Below, piece by piece: positions 22,738 through 32,893 of a stretch of DNA of 64,000 nucleotides. The DNA lies in assembly GCF_035481345.1 (NCBI RefSeq), contig NZ_DATIGV010000020.1, forward strand, positions 2,727 through 66,726, read 5' to 3'. Numbering within the stretch: the first letter of the stretch is position 1; each line of letters begins with the position of its first letter. Source of the stretch: Hydrogenophaga sp. GTDB lineage: Bacteria; Pseudomonadota; Gammaproteobacteria; Burkholderiales; Burkholderiaceae_C. Below the pieces are notes generated by a model. It searched no databases and was not told the DNA's origin. It was given only the letters and a program-made list of their open reading frames with translations. A program made the translations under genes and the position numbers.

Positions 22738-23079
22738 TCAGTGGCTGATCATCCAGGGGCGCTTGGAGGGAAACGCCTTTGCGCCATTCGGTGCGGTCAC
22801 CGTGGCCTTGCTGCGCCCGGGGCTGCAACACCCGCAGCCCGCGGGGTGTTTCAGGCGCGCGTAGTCGCCCGATCGTTGGGGCTCGTGCCGCGCGCGCTCG
22901 TTGATGCCCATGGCCGTGCGCGTGGCGCCGTCCATGAGCGCCAGGCGCGGCGCGGTGGCGAACACGCGCGGCGAGGCGGTGCCGCAGTCGGGGCAGAAGG
23001 CCGGATCGTTGCGCTCGCTCAGCGAGCGGTAGGCGTCGAAGCCGCCGCAGGCCGGGCAGGCGTAGTCGTAGGTCGGCAT
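22738..23079 (-). CDS. fmdB: FmdB-family zinc-ribbon putative regulatory protein
   Basis: ORF 22738..23079 (113 aa). [14 protein letters not shown]...CPDCG zinc ribbon, immediately downstream of the formamidase. Confidence 0.8.
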   Translation of the reverse strand: MPTYDYACPACGGFDAYRSLSERNDPAFCPDCGTASPRVFATAPRLALMDGATRTAMGINERARHEPQRSGDYARLKHPAGCGCCSPGRSKATVTAPNGAKAFPSKRPWMISH

Positions 23080-23095
23080 GGGCGGCTCCGCGCGT

Positions 23096-24322
23096 TCAGA
23101 GGTCCGGAGACAAAGGCATCTGGATCGAGCCGTCGATGTGCTTGATCGGGCCGCTCGCGTTCGGGTTGATGTCGAAGTCGAAGATCTGCGTGGGCAGCCA
23201 CAGCGTGGCGCAGGCGTTGGGCACGTCGACCACGCCGCTGATGTGGCCCTGCACCGGCGCCGTGCCCAGGATGGAGTAGGCCTGCGCGCCCGAGTAGCCG
23301 AACTTCTTCAAGTACTCGATGGCGTTGAGGCAGGCCTGGCGGTAGGCCACGTTCACGTCCAGGTAGTACTGCTTGCCGCTCTCGTCGACGCTGATGCCTT
23401 CGAAGATGACGTAGTCGTCGTAGGTGGGCTTGATGGGGCTGGGCTTGAAGATGGGGTTCTTGATGCCGTACTTGGCCATGCCGCCCTTGATGAGCTGCAC
23501 CTTCATGTGCACCCAGCCGGCCATCTCGATGGCGCCGCAGAAAGTGATCTCGCCGTCGCCCTGGCTGAAGTGCAGGTCACCCACGGAGAGGCCGGCGCCG
23601 TCCACGTAGACCGGGAAGAAGATCTTGGAGCCGCGCGAGAGGTCCTTGATGTCGCAGTTGCCGCCGTGCTCGCGCGGGGGCACGGTGCGCGCGCCGGTGG
23701 CGGCGGCCTTGGCCAGTGCGTCGCCGGTGAGCTTGCCCATGTGCGCGGTGCCCGCGAACGGCGGGTTGGCCAGGCCGCTGGTGGCGGGGTCGGAGTCGAT
23801 CAGCGCCTGCTCGCGCGTGTTCCACACCTCCAGCATCTTCGGGTCGGGCAGGCAGCCGATGAGGCCGGGGTGGATGAGGCCCGCGTACTTCACGCCGGGC
23901 ACGTGGCGCGAGGTGGTGAACATGCCGTGGAAGTCCCAGATGGACTTCTGCGCCTGCGGGAAGTGCTCGGTGAGGAAACCACCGCCGTTCTTCTTGCTGA
24001 AGAAGCCGTTGAAGCCCCAGAGGCTGTCGTCCTTGGCGCCGATGTCGAGCAGGTCGACCACCAGCAGGTCGCCAGGCTCCGCGCCTTTCACGCCCACCGG
24101 GCCACTGAGGTAGTGCACCGTGGTCAGGTCGATGTCGCGCACGTCGTCGGCGCTGTCGTTGTTCTTGATGAAGCCGCCCGTCCAGTCGTAGGTCTCGAGC
24201 ACGAAGTCGTCGCCGGGATTGACCCAGCAGGCCATGGGGATGTCGGGGTGCCAGCGGTTGTGCACCATCTCGTTGGTGGGCGCGGGCTTGGTGAGGTCGA
24301 CCTTGATCAGGGTGTCGGGCAT
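23096..24322 (-). CDS. fmdA: Formamidase (acetamidase/formamidase family)
   Basis: ORF 23096..24322 (408 aa). HNRWHPDIPM, DWTGG.I.NNDSADDVRDIDLT.VHYLSGPV.V.GAEPGDLL match the FmdA family. Confidence 0.92.
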   Translation of the reverse strand: MPDTLIKVDLTKPAPTNEMVHNRWHPDIPMACWVNPGDDFVLETYDWTGGFIKNNDSADDVRDIDLTTVHYLSGPVGVKGAEPGDLLVVDLLDIGAKDDSLWGFNGFFSKKNGGGFLTEHFPQAQKSIWDFHGMFTTSRHVPGVKYAGLIHPGLIGCLPDPKMLEVWNTREQALIDSDPATSGLANPPFAGTAHMGKLTGDALAKAAATGARTVPPREHGGNCDIKDLSRGSKIFFPVYVDGAGLSVGDLHFSQGDGEITFCGAIEMAGWVHMKVQLIKGGMAKYGIKNPIFKPSPIKPTYDDYVIFEGISVDESGKQYYLDVNVAYRQACLNAIEYLKKFGYSGAQAYSILGTAPVQGHISGVVDVPNACATLWLPTQIFDFDINPNASGPIKHIDGSIQMPLSPDL

Positions 24323-24368
24323 GGCGTGGCTCCTGGGTGGAAGGGGATCGATTGGGGTTGGGGGAAAT

Positions 24369-25058
24369 TCAGACCGACAGGTAGGCCTTGATGCGCTGCT
24401 GGTCGGTGTTGGCGCGTTCGGTCTCGTGCACCAGGCGCCCGCCCTCGATGACGAACAGGCGGTCGGCGACGTCCATGGCGAACGAGAGCACCTGCTCGGA
24501 GACCACGATGGTGATCTTTCGCATCTTGCGGATCTCGTTGAGCGCCTTGGCGATGTCCTTGATGATCGAAGGCTGGATGCCCTCGGTCGGCTCGTCGAGC
24601 AGCAGCACCTTGGGGTCGGTGACGAGCGCGCGTGCGATGGCGAGCTGTTGTTGCTGGCCGCCGGAGAGGTTGCCGCCCTTGCGGCGGCGCATGTCCCACA
24701 GCACGGGGAACAGCGCGTAGATCTCCTGCGGAATCGCCTTGTCCTTCGCGTTCTCCAGGCCGGTCTGGATGTTCTCTTCCACCGTCAGGGTGGGAAAGAT
24801 CATGCGGCCCTGCGGCACGTACGCCAGGCCTTTGGCCACGCGGCGAAAGCTCTCGTCGCGCGTGAGGTCCTGGCCGGCCACGCTGATGTGGCCGCTCTTG
24901 GTGGGCAGCACGCCCATGAGGGCCTTGAACAGCGTGGTCTTGCCCATGCCGTTGCGGCCCATGATGGCCACCGCCTCGTTCTCGCGCGCCTCGAAGCTGA
25001 TGCCGTGCAGCGCCTCGCTCTGGCCATAGGAAACGAACAGGTCCTTGACTTGCAGCAT
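24369..25058 (-). CDS. urtE: Urea/short-chain-amide ABC transporter ATP-binding protein (UrtE-like)
   Basis: ORF 24369..25058 (229 aa). Walker A GRNGMGKTT, signature LSGGQQQ. It is the last of five Urt-order genes. Confidence 0.85.
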   Translation of the reverse strand: MLQVKDLFVSYGQSEALHGISFEARENEAVAIMGRNGMGKTTLFKALMGVLPTKSGHISVAGQDLTRDESFRRVAKGLAYVPQGRMIFPTLTVEENIQTGLENAKDKAIPQEIYALFPVLWDMRRRKGGNLSGGQQQQLAIARALVTDPKVLLLDEPTEGIQPSIIKDIAKALNEIRKMRKITIVVSEQVLSFAMDVADRLFVIEGGRLVHETERANTDQQRIKAYLSV

Positions 25059-25070
25059 GCGGCTTCTCCT

Positions 25071-25814
<744 letters not shown>

Positions 25815-25827
25815 TCGGTGCTCCTGT

Positions 25828-27039
25828 TCAGACGCTCTGGCCGCTGGCGCCTTCGGGCAGCTTCACCTCGGGGGCGCTGCTGGCGACCACCGGCTTGTGC
25901 GGCGCCTGCGGCGCTGGCGAGGGCGGTTGCGCTCGCGCGGCGGACGCCTCGCGCAGCGCGGCGCGCCGGCCCTTCCACCAGGGCACGATGCGGCTCTCCC
26001 ACAGCCCGGCCAGGCCCATGGGGAAGGCCATGGTCACGCCGATGAAGAGCGCGGCCATGAGGAAGAGCCAGAGGTCGGGGAAGCTCTCGGAGAAGAAGGT
26101 CTTGCCCGCGTTGACCAGCAGCGCGCCGTAGACCGCGCCCACCAGGCTCATGCGCCCGCCCACGGCGGCGTAGATGACCATCTCGATGGAGGGCACGATG
26201 CCCACGAAGCTGGGCGACATGAAGCCCACCTGCAGGGTGAACAGCGCGCCGCCGATGCCGGACAGCGCGGCCGCCAGGCAGTACACGAAGATGCGGAAGT
26301 CGGCCACGTCGTAGCCCGAGAAACGCACGCGGTCTTCCTTGTCGCGCATGGCCAGCAGCAGGGTGCCGAGCTTGCTGGTCTGCACCCAGCGGCAGGCCAC
26401 GATGGCCAGCACCAGCAGGCCCACGCAGACGAAGTACAGGATGTATTTGGCGCTGTCGGTGCGCGTGTCCCAGCCCATCAGGGTCTTGAGGTCGGTCATG
26501 CCGTTGACGCCGCCCGTGTAGCCCTGCTGGCCGATGATGAGCACGGTGAGGATGAGCGCCACCGCCTGCGTGATGATGGCGAAGTACACGCCGCCCACGC
26601 GCCGCTTGAACATGGCGAAGCCGATCAGCCAGGCCAGCAGCACCGGCACCACCACCACCGCCGCCAGCGCGAAGGGAAAGCTCTTGAAGGGCAGCCAGAA
26701 CGTGGGCAGTTCGGTGATCTGGTTCCAGTCCATGAAGTCCGGAATGCCGGGCGTGGACTGGATCTTGGTGCTCTCGGGGTCGGAGGCCTCGAGCTTGAGG
26801 AACATGGCCATGGCGTAGCCGCCCAGGCCGAAGAACACGCCCTGCCCCAGGCTCAGCACGCCGCCGTAGCCCCACAGCATCACCAGGCCGATGGCCACGA
26901 AGGCGTAGGTGAGGTACTTGCCCACCAGGTTGAGGCGAAAGATGTCGAGCGACAGCGGCAGCACCACCGCCAGCAGCACGGTGAGCAACACCAGACTGGC
27001 GAGCTGGTAGCGGGTGATCCAGGCTTTCAGGGCGTTCAT
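25828..27039 (-). CDS. urtC: ABC transporter permease (UrtC-like)
   Basis: ORF 25828..27039 (403 aa). Polytopic LivM-type permease with a Pro/Ala-rich C-terminal tail. Confidence 0.85.
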   Translation of the reverse strand: MNALKAWITRYQLASLVLLTVLLAVVLPLSLDIFRLNLVGKYLTYAFVAIGLVMLWGYGGVLSLGQGVFFGLGGYAMAMFLKLEASDPESTKIQSTPGIPDFMDWNQITELPTFWLPFKSFPFALAAVVVVPVLLAWLIGFAMFKRRVGGVYFAIITQAVALILTVLIIGQQGYTGGVNGMTDLKTLMGWDTRTDSAKYILYFVCVGLLVLAIVACRWVQTSKLGTLLLAMRDKEDRVRFSGYDVADFRIFVYCLAAALSGIGGALFTLQVGFMSPSFVGIVPSIEMVIYAAVGGRMSLVGAVYGALLVNAGKTFFSESFPDLWLFLMAALFIGVTMAFPMGLAGLWESRIVPWWKGRRAALREASAARAQPPSPAPQAPHKPVVASSAPEVKLPEGASGQSV

Positions 27040-27064
27040 GGTCGGACTCCGGGTGGCGGGGAAA

Positions 27065-27979
27065 TCAGCGGCGCACTTTGGATGCGAAGAGGCCCTGCGG
27101 ACGCAGCATCAGGATCACGACGATGAGCGAGAGCGTGAGCACCTTGGCCATGGAGCCGGCGAGGAAGAACTCGGTGACGGACTGGGTCTGCGCGATGCCG
27201 AAGGCCGAGACCACGGTGCCCAGCAGGCTGGCCGCGCCGCCGAAGGTGACGACCAGGAAGGCGTCGACGATGTAGAGCGAGCCCGAGGTGGGGCCGGTGG
27301 AGCCGATGGTGGTGAAGGCCGCGCCGGCCACGCCCGCGATGCCGCAGCCGATGGCGAAGGTCAGGCGGTCGGTCTTCTTCGTGTCGATGCCGATGGCGTT
27401 GGCCATCACGCGGTTGCTGACCGTGGCGCGCACCCGCAGGCCCCAGCGGCTGCGGTGCAGGGCCAGCAGCACGCCACCGGTGACCACCGCGGTGAGCGCC
27501 AACACGAACAGGCCGTTGATGGGGATGTCCAGGCCTTCGGTGGGGGCCCAGGAGCCCATCAGCCACTCGGGCAGCGTGGGGCTCACTTCCTTGGGGCCGA
27601 TGAAGGTGCGAAAGCACTGCTGCAGCGCCAGGCTGATGCCCCAGGTGGCCAGCAGCGTGTCCAGCGGGCGCTTGTAGAGGTGGCGGATCAGCGCCCACTC
27701 CACGACCCAGCCCGCGATGAAGGCGAAGACGAAGGCGGCCACGATGGCGAAGGGAAAGTACGCCGCCACCGCGCCGGGGCTGATGGTCTCGGCCAGCGTG
27801 GAGCCGAGGAAGATGGTGTAGGCGCCGATGGTCATGAACTCGCCATGCGCCATGTTGATCACGCCCATCTGCCCGAAGATGATGGCCAGGCCCAGCCCCA
27901 TGAGCAGCAGCACCGCGAACAGGCTCAGGCCCGCGAAGCCCTGCATGACGCCGATGTTGAGCAGGTCGTTGAAACTCAT
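27065..27979 (-). CDS. urtB: ABC transporter permease (UrtB-like)
   Basis: ORF 27065..27979 (304 aa). LivH-type permease. Confidence 0.85.
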   Translation of the reverse strand: MSFNDLLNIGVMQGFAGLSLFAVLLLMGLGLAIIFGQMGVINMAHGEFMTIGAYTIFLGSTLAETISPGAVAAYFPFAIVAAFVFAFIAGWVVEWALIRHLYKRPLDTLLATWGISLALQQCFRTFIGPKEVSPTLPEWLMGSWAPTEGLDIPINGLFVLALTAVVTGGVLLALHRSRWGLRVRATVSNRVMANAIGIDTKKTDRLTFAIGCGIAGVAGAAFTTIGSTGPTSGSLYIVDAFLVVTFGGAASLLGTVVSAFGIAQTQSVTEFFLAGSMAKVLTLSLIVVILMLRPQGLFASKVRR

Positions 27980-28012
27980 GAGGGATCTCCAGACAGATGG
28001 GTGCCGCAGGAC

Positions 28013-29284
28013 TTACTGGTAGCCTTTGGGGAAGGGGTCGGGCTTGATCAGCTCGGGCGACTCCGACACCACCTTGAAGGTGCCGTCCGGCATGCCCATC
28101 GCGATGCGCGACTTGCTCCAGAGGTGGTGGTTGGGGTCGAGCTTCACGTAGCCCTCGGGCGCGTCCTTGAGCTCGATGCCGGTGCGCGAGGCGGCCACCA
28201 CCTTGTCGACGTCGAAGCTCTTGGCCTTCTCCACCGCGGCCTTCCACAGCCAGGGGCCCAGGTAGCCGGCCTGCGTCACGTCGCCGATGACGGCGTCCTT
28301 GCCGTACTTGGCCTTGAAGGCGGCCACGAACTTCTTGTTGTTCTCGTTGTCCAGCGTCTGGAAGTACTTCATCGACGAGTAGAAGCCGGCGAAGTTTTCG
28401 CCGCCCACGCCGGTCATCTCGTCCTCGGTCACCGACAGGGTCACCAGGGTCTGCTTGTCACCGGTGATGCCGGCCGCCTTGAGCGCCTTGTAGAAGGCCA
28501 CGTTGGAGCCACCCACCACGGCGGCGAAGATCACGTCGGGCTTCTGCAGCTTGATCTTGTTCATCAGCGAGCCGAAGTTGGTGCTGCCCAGCGGGTAGTA
28601 CTCCTCGCCGACGACCTTGCCCTTCTGGAAGGCCTCGATGTGCTTGCGCGCGATCTTCATCGAGGTGCGCGGCCAGATGTAGTCGGAGCCGATGAGGAAG
28701 AAGGTCTTGGCTTTCTTCTCCTTCTGCGCCCAGTCCAGGCTGTAGAGGATCTGCTGCGTGGCTTCCTGGCCGGTGTAGATCACGTTCTTGGACTGCTCCA
28801 GGCCTTCGTAGAAGGTGGGGTAGTACAGCAGGCCGTTCTCTTTCTCGAACACCGGCAGCACGGCCTTGCGCGAGGCGCTGGTCCAGCAGCCGAAGACGGC
28901 GGCGCAGCGGTCGTTGATGAGCAGCTTCTTGGACTTCTCGGCGAAGGTGGGCCAGTCGGAGGCGCCGTCTTCCTTGATGACCTTGATCTTGCGGCCCAGG
29001 ATGCCGCCCATGGCGTTGATCTGGTCGATGGCGAGCTGCTCGGCCTGGATGGAGCCCGTCTCCGAGATGGCCATGGTGCCGGTGGACGAGTGCAACTGAC
29101 CGACGGTGACTTCGGTGTCCGTGACCGCGAGCTTGGTGGTGTTCACCTGCGCGGTGGGCTGGCCGAAGCTCCAGGTGGGCAGGCCGGCCAGGCCGGCGGC
29201 GCCCAGCATCTGCAGCACGCGGCGGCGGCTGGCCTCGGGGGTTTCGGGCGAAACGTCGTTCGGATCGGGTTGGTGCTTCATCAA
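28013..29284 (-). CDS. urtA: Periplasmic urea/amide-binding protein (UrtA/FmdD-like) with a twin-arginine signal
   Basis: ORF 28013..29284 (423 aa). SRRRVLQMLGAAGLAGL signal. Type I periplasmic binding fold of the Liv/Urt family. Confidence 0.85.
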   Translation of the reverse strand: MMKHQPDPNDVSPETPEASRRRVLQMLGAAGLAGLPTWSFGQPTAQVNTTKLAVTDTEVTVGQLHSSTGTMAISETGSIQAEQLAIDQINAMGGILGRKIKVIKEDGASDWPTFAEKSKKLLINDRCAAVFGCWTSASRKAVLPVFEKENGLLYYPTFYEGLEQSKNVIYTGQEATQQILYSLDWAQKEKKAKTFFLIGSDYIWPRTSMKIARKHIEAFQKGKVVGEEYYPLGSTNFGSLMNKIKLQKPDVIFAAVVGGSNVAFYKALKAAGITGDKQTLVTLSVTEDEMTGVGGENFAGFYSSMKYFQTLDNENNKKFVAAFKAKYGKDAVIGDVTQAGYLGPWLWKAAVEKAKSFDVDKVVAASRTGIELKDAPEGYVKLDPNHHLWSKSRIAMGMPDGTFKVVSESPELIKPDPFPKGYQ

Positions 29285-29452
29285 GGGCTCCTGGGCGGGT
29301 TGGGTCGGTGAAAACCGGCGATGTGCCGACTGGAGCGAAGCCTAGGGAGAACCCTCGATCGGGCCCATAAGTCAAATAACGTAGAGGCGGCGTACGCGCC
29401 CTGGCACGGGGTCGGTACGGTTCTTGTTAGGCCTTGTCCCACTGGAGCCTTC

Positions 29453-32400
29453 ATGCAGCCGCCCGAGCCCGCCACGCCGCCCGCGACCCCCCCATTGGCC
29501 GCGCAGAAGATCTTTCGCTTCCGCCGGGAATACAACTCGTGGGTGGCCGACGAGACCATGGAGGACTACGCGCTGCGGTACACGCCGCGCGCCTTTCGCA
29601 AGTGGAGCGAGTGGCGCGTGGGCCACACGGCCTTTGGCTCGCTGTCCTTCCTGGCGCTGGAGGCGATCGGCGGCGCGATCGCCGTGAATTACGGCTTCGC
29701 CAACGCCATGTGGGCCATCCTGGTGGTGGGGCTGATCATCTTCCTCACCAGCCTGCCCATCGCCTACTACGCGGCGCGCCACGGGCTGGACATGGACCTG
29801 CTCACGCGCGGCGCGGGTTTCGGCTACCTGGGCTCGACGATCACCTCGCTGATCTACGCGGTGTTCACTTTCATCTTCTTCGCCATCGAGGCCGTGATCA
29901 TGGGCCTGGCGCTGGAGATGGCGACCGGTTGGCCGCTGGCCTGGTGCTACCTCATCTCGGCCGTGGTGATCATCCCGCTGGTGATCCGCGGCATCACGCT
30001 GATCTCGAAACTGCAGGCCTGGACGCAACCGCTGTACCTGTTCCTGCTGCTGCTGCCCTTCGTGTGGATCGCGCTGTCGCAGCCCCAGCTCTACCGCGAC
30101 TTCACCAGCCTCGCCGGCCTGCGCTCGGGCGACAGCGGCTTTCACCCGCTGATGTTCGGCGCCGCGGCGGCGGTGATCTTTTCGCTGGTGGTGCAGATCG
30201 GCGAGCAGGTGGACTTCCTGCGCTTCATGCCCGAGCGCACCGCGAAGAACCGCCTGCGCTGGTGGCTGGCGGTGCTGATCCCCGGGCCGGGCTGGGTGGT
30301 GGTGGGCATGCTCAAGATGGTGGGCGGCGCCTTCCTGGCCTTCGCCGCCATGCAGTTCGAGGTGGACCCCGAGCGCACCGCCGAGCCCACGCAGATGTTC
30401 CTGGCCGGCTTCACCGAGGCCGTGGGCCACCCGGGCCTGGCGCTGATCATGACCGTGGTGTTCGTGGTGCTGGCGCAGATCAAGATCAACGTGACCAATG
30501 CCTACGCGGGCTCGCTGGCCTGGAGCAATTTCTTCGCCCGCGTGACGCACAGCCACCCGGGGCGCGTGGTCTGGCTGGTGTTCAACGTCGCCATCGCCAC
30601 GCTGCTGATGCTGCTGGGCGTGTTCGCGGGCATCGAGAAGGTGCTGGGCGTCTACAGCAACGTCGCCATTGCCTGGGTGGGCGCGCTGGTGGCCGATCTG
30701 GTCATCAACAAGCCCCTGGGCCTGAGCCCGCGCGGCATCGAGTTCCGCCGCGCCTACCTGTACGACTTCAATCCGGTGGGCATGGGCTCGATGATCATCG
30801 CGGCGCTGGCGGCCATCCTGGCCTACAGCGGCCTCATGGGCGAGGTGGCCGCCGCCTTCTCACCCTTCATCGCCCTGGGCCTGTCGCTGCTGCTGTCGCC
30901 GCTGCTGGCCTGGGCCACGGGCGGGCGCTGGTACCTGGCGCGAGAGCCCTCCAACGAATGGTGGCCGGGCCAGGCGGTTCGCTGCTCGGTGTGCGAGAAC
31001 CAGTTCGAATCGGAAGACATGGCGAGCTGCCCGGCCTACCGCGCGCCGATCTGCTCGTTGTGCTGCTCGCTCGAGTCGCGCTGCCACGACCGCTGCAAGA
31101 GCAACTCGCGCGCCATCGACCAGGTGCGCGGCTGGCTGGCGCAGGTGCTGCCGCAGCGGCTGATGGCGCGGGTGAACTTTCGCGCCGGGCAATTCCTCGC
31201 GGTCTGGCTGTCGATCAGCGCCATCCTGGCCTTCCTGATCGGCATGGTCTATGTGCAGGAAAGCCTGCACGGCACGGCCACGCTGCTGGATCTGCCGTTT
31301 CTCAAGCTCTACGCCTTCCTGGTGCTGTTCGCGGCGGTGTGTTCCTGGTGGGTGGTGCTGACCACCGACAGCCGCCGCATGGCGCAGGACGAGTCGGAGC
31401 GCCAGACGCAGCTGCTGATGCGCGAGATCGAGGCGCACCAGCGCACCGACGCCGAGCTGCAGTCCGCGCGCGACCGCGCCGAGGCCGCCAGCCAGGCCAA
31501 GACGCGCTACGTGGCGGGCATGACGCACGAGCTGCGTACCCCGCTGACCAGCATCCTGGGCTACGCGCAGATCCTGCAGAAGAACAGCGACATCTCGGTC
31601 TGGGTGCGCGAGACCATCGCCACCATGCAACGCAGCGGCCAGCACATGCATGCGCTGATCGATGGCTCGCTGGACCTGGCGCGCATCGAGGCCGGGCGCC
31701 TGAAGCTCGACACCGTGCCGCTGCCCCTGCCGCAGCTGATGGAGGACGTGGAGCGCATGGTGCGCCCGCAGGCCGAGGCCAAGGGCCTGCGCTTCACCGT
31801 GCAGCGCAGGGGCGAGGTGCCCGCCTGGGTGCGCGCCGACGCCAAGCGCCTGCGCCAGATCCTCATCAACCTGCTGAGCAACGCGGTGCGCTTCACCGAC
31901 GAGGGCGAGGTCACGCTGCGGCTGGACTTTCGCCAGCAGGTGGCGCGCATCGACGTGGTGGACACCGGCATCGGCATCGCCGAGCAGGACCAGAAGCGCA
32001 TCTTCCTGCCCTACGAACGCGGCGCCGCGGGACGCCGCGCGCGCGATTCGGGCACCGGCCTGGGCCTGACCATCACCCACCTGCTGACCGACATGATGGG
32101 TGGCGACCTCACCCTCAAGAGCGCGCCGGGCCAGGGCAGCACCTTCAGCCTGCGGCTGTACCTGCCGCCCATCGCGTCGGACCCGCAGCACCCCTTGCCC
32201 ATTCCCTCCACCCTGCGCGCGGTGACCGGCTACCTGGGCCCGCGCCGCACGGTGCTGGTGGTGGACGACCAGCCGCTGCACCGGCAGTTGCTGGCGAGTA
32301 TCCTGGTGCCGCTGGGCTTCCTGGTGCGCGAGGCCGCCAGCGGCCAGGAATGCCTGGAGATCATCGAGCAGAGCCCGCCCGACCTGCTGCTGCTGGACCT

Positions 32401-32893
32401 GACCATGGATGGACTGGACGGCTGGCAGACCGCGAGCGCGGTGCGCGAGCGCCTGCCGTCCTCGCGCCTGCCAATCGTCTTCGTCTCGGCCAACCTGATC
32501 GACAACCGGCCCGAGGCCTTCAAGGACCTGGACTACCAGGGCTTCGTTGCCAAGCCCATGAGCGAGGCCGAGCTGCTCGACGCGCTGAGCCATGCCTTGT
32601 CGCTGGAGTGGCTGACCGAGCAGGTGCCCGCCAGCGGCGCGTCCGTGCAGGCGGTGCGCCCGCGCCCCGGCCTGCCGCTGCCCGACGCGCTGCGCGAGGA
32701 ACTGCAGCGCCTGGCGCGCCAGGGCCAGGCCGCGGCGCTGCGCCAGCGCCTGTGGCAGGCCCAGGGCACCGAGCCCGCGCACGCGGCCACGCTGGCGCTG
32801 CTGCTGTCCTGCGCCGACCGGTTCGACTTCCAGACCCTGATCGAATACCTGAGAGACACCGAGGAGCTTGCCGACGATGACACCGTGGTCTGA
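29453..32893 (+). CDS. Hybrid sensor histidine kinase with an N-terminal purine/cytosine-permease (NCS1-like) 12-TM domain, Cys-rich linker, HisKA, HATPase and receiver domains
   Basis: Inner ATG of ORF 29321..32893. The permease-like part resembles CodB (DLLTRGAGFGYLGS, QVDFLRFMPERTAKNR). H-box MTHELRTPLTSILGYAQIL, G-boxes DTGIGI and GTGLGLTI, receiver VLVVDDQ...LLLLDLTMDGLDG. Confidence 0.85.
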   Translation: MQPPEPATPPATPPLAAQKIFRFRREYNSWVADETMEDYALRYTPRAFRKWSEWRVGHTAFGSLSFLALEAIGGAIAVNYGFANAMWAILVVGLIIFLTSLPIAYYAARHGLDMDLLTRGAGFGYLGSTITSLIYAVFTFIFFAIEAVIMGLALEMATGWPLAWCYLISAVVIIPLVIRGITLISKLQAWTQPLYLFLLLLPFVWIALSQPQLYRDFTSLAGLRSGDSGFHPLMFGAAAAVIFSLVVQIGEQVDFLRFMPERTAKNRLRWWLAVLIPGPGWVVVGMLKMVGGAFLAFAAMQFEVDPERTAEPTQMFLAGFTEAVGHPGLALIMTVVFVVLAQIKINVTNAYAGSLAWSNFFARVTHSHPGRVVWLVFNVAIATLLMLLGVFAGIEKVLGVYSNVAIAWVGALVADLVINKPLGLSPRGIEFRRAYLYDFNPVGMGSMIIAALAAILAYSGLMGEVAAAFSPFIALGLSLLLSPLLAWATGGRWYLAREPSNEWWPGQAVRCSVCENQFESEDMASCPAYRAPICSLCCSLESRCHDRCKSNSRAIDQVRGWLAQVLPQRLMARVNFRAGQFLAVWLSISAILAFLIGMVYVQESLHGTATLLDLPFLKLYAFLVLFAAVCSWWVVLTTDSRRMAQDESERQTQLLMREIEAHQRTDAELQSARDRAEAASQAKTRYVAGMTHELRTPLTSILGYAQILQKNSDISVWVRETIATMQRSGQHMHALIDGSLDLARIEAGRLKLDTVPLPLPQLMEDVERMVRPQAEAKGLRFTVQRRGEVPAWVRADAKRLRQILINLLSNAVRFTDEGEVTLRLDFRQQVARIDVVDTGIGIAEQDQKRIFLPYERGAAGRRARDSGTGLGLTITHLLTDMMGGDLTLKSAPGQGSTFSLRLYLPPIASDPQHPLPIPSTLRAVTGYLGPRRTVLVVDDQPLHRQLLASILVPLGFLVREAASGQECLEIIEQSPPDLLLLDLTMDGLDGWQTASAVRERLPSSRLPIVFVSANLIDNRPEAFKDLDYQGFVAKPMSEAELLDALSHALSLEWLTEQVPASGASVQAVRPRPGLPLPDALREELQRLARQGQAAALRQRLWQAQGTEPAHAATLALLLSCADRFDFQTLIEYLRDTEELADDDTVV

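Noticed and set aside
29402-29417. TGGCAC hexamer in the urtA / kinase divergent region as a possible sigma-54 promoter.
   Set aside because: The -12 position reads CGGT instead of TTGC at the required spacing. A GGCAC on the opposite strand (near 29330) also lacks a correctly spaced GC.
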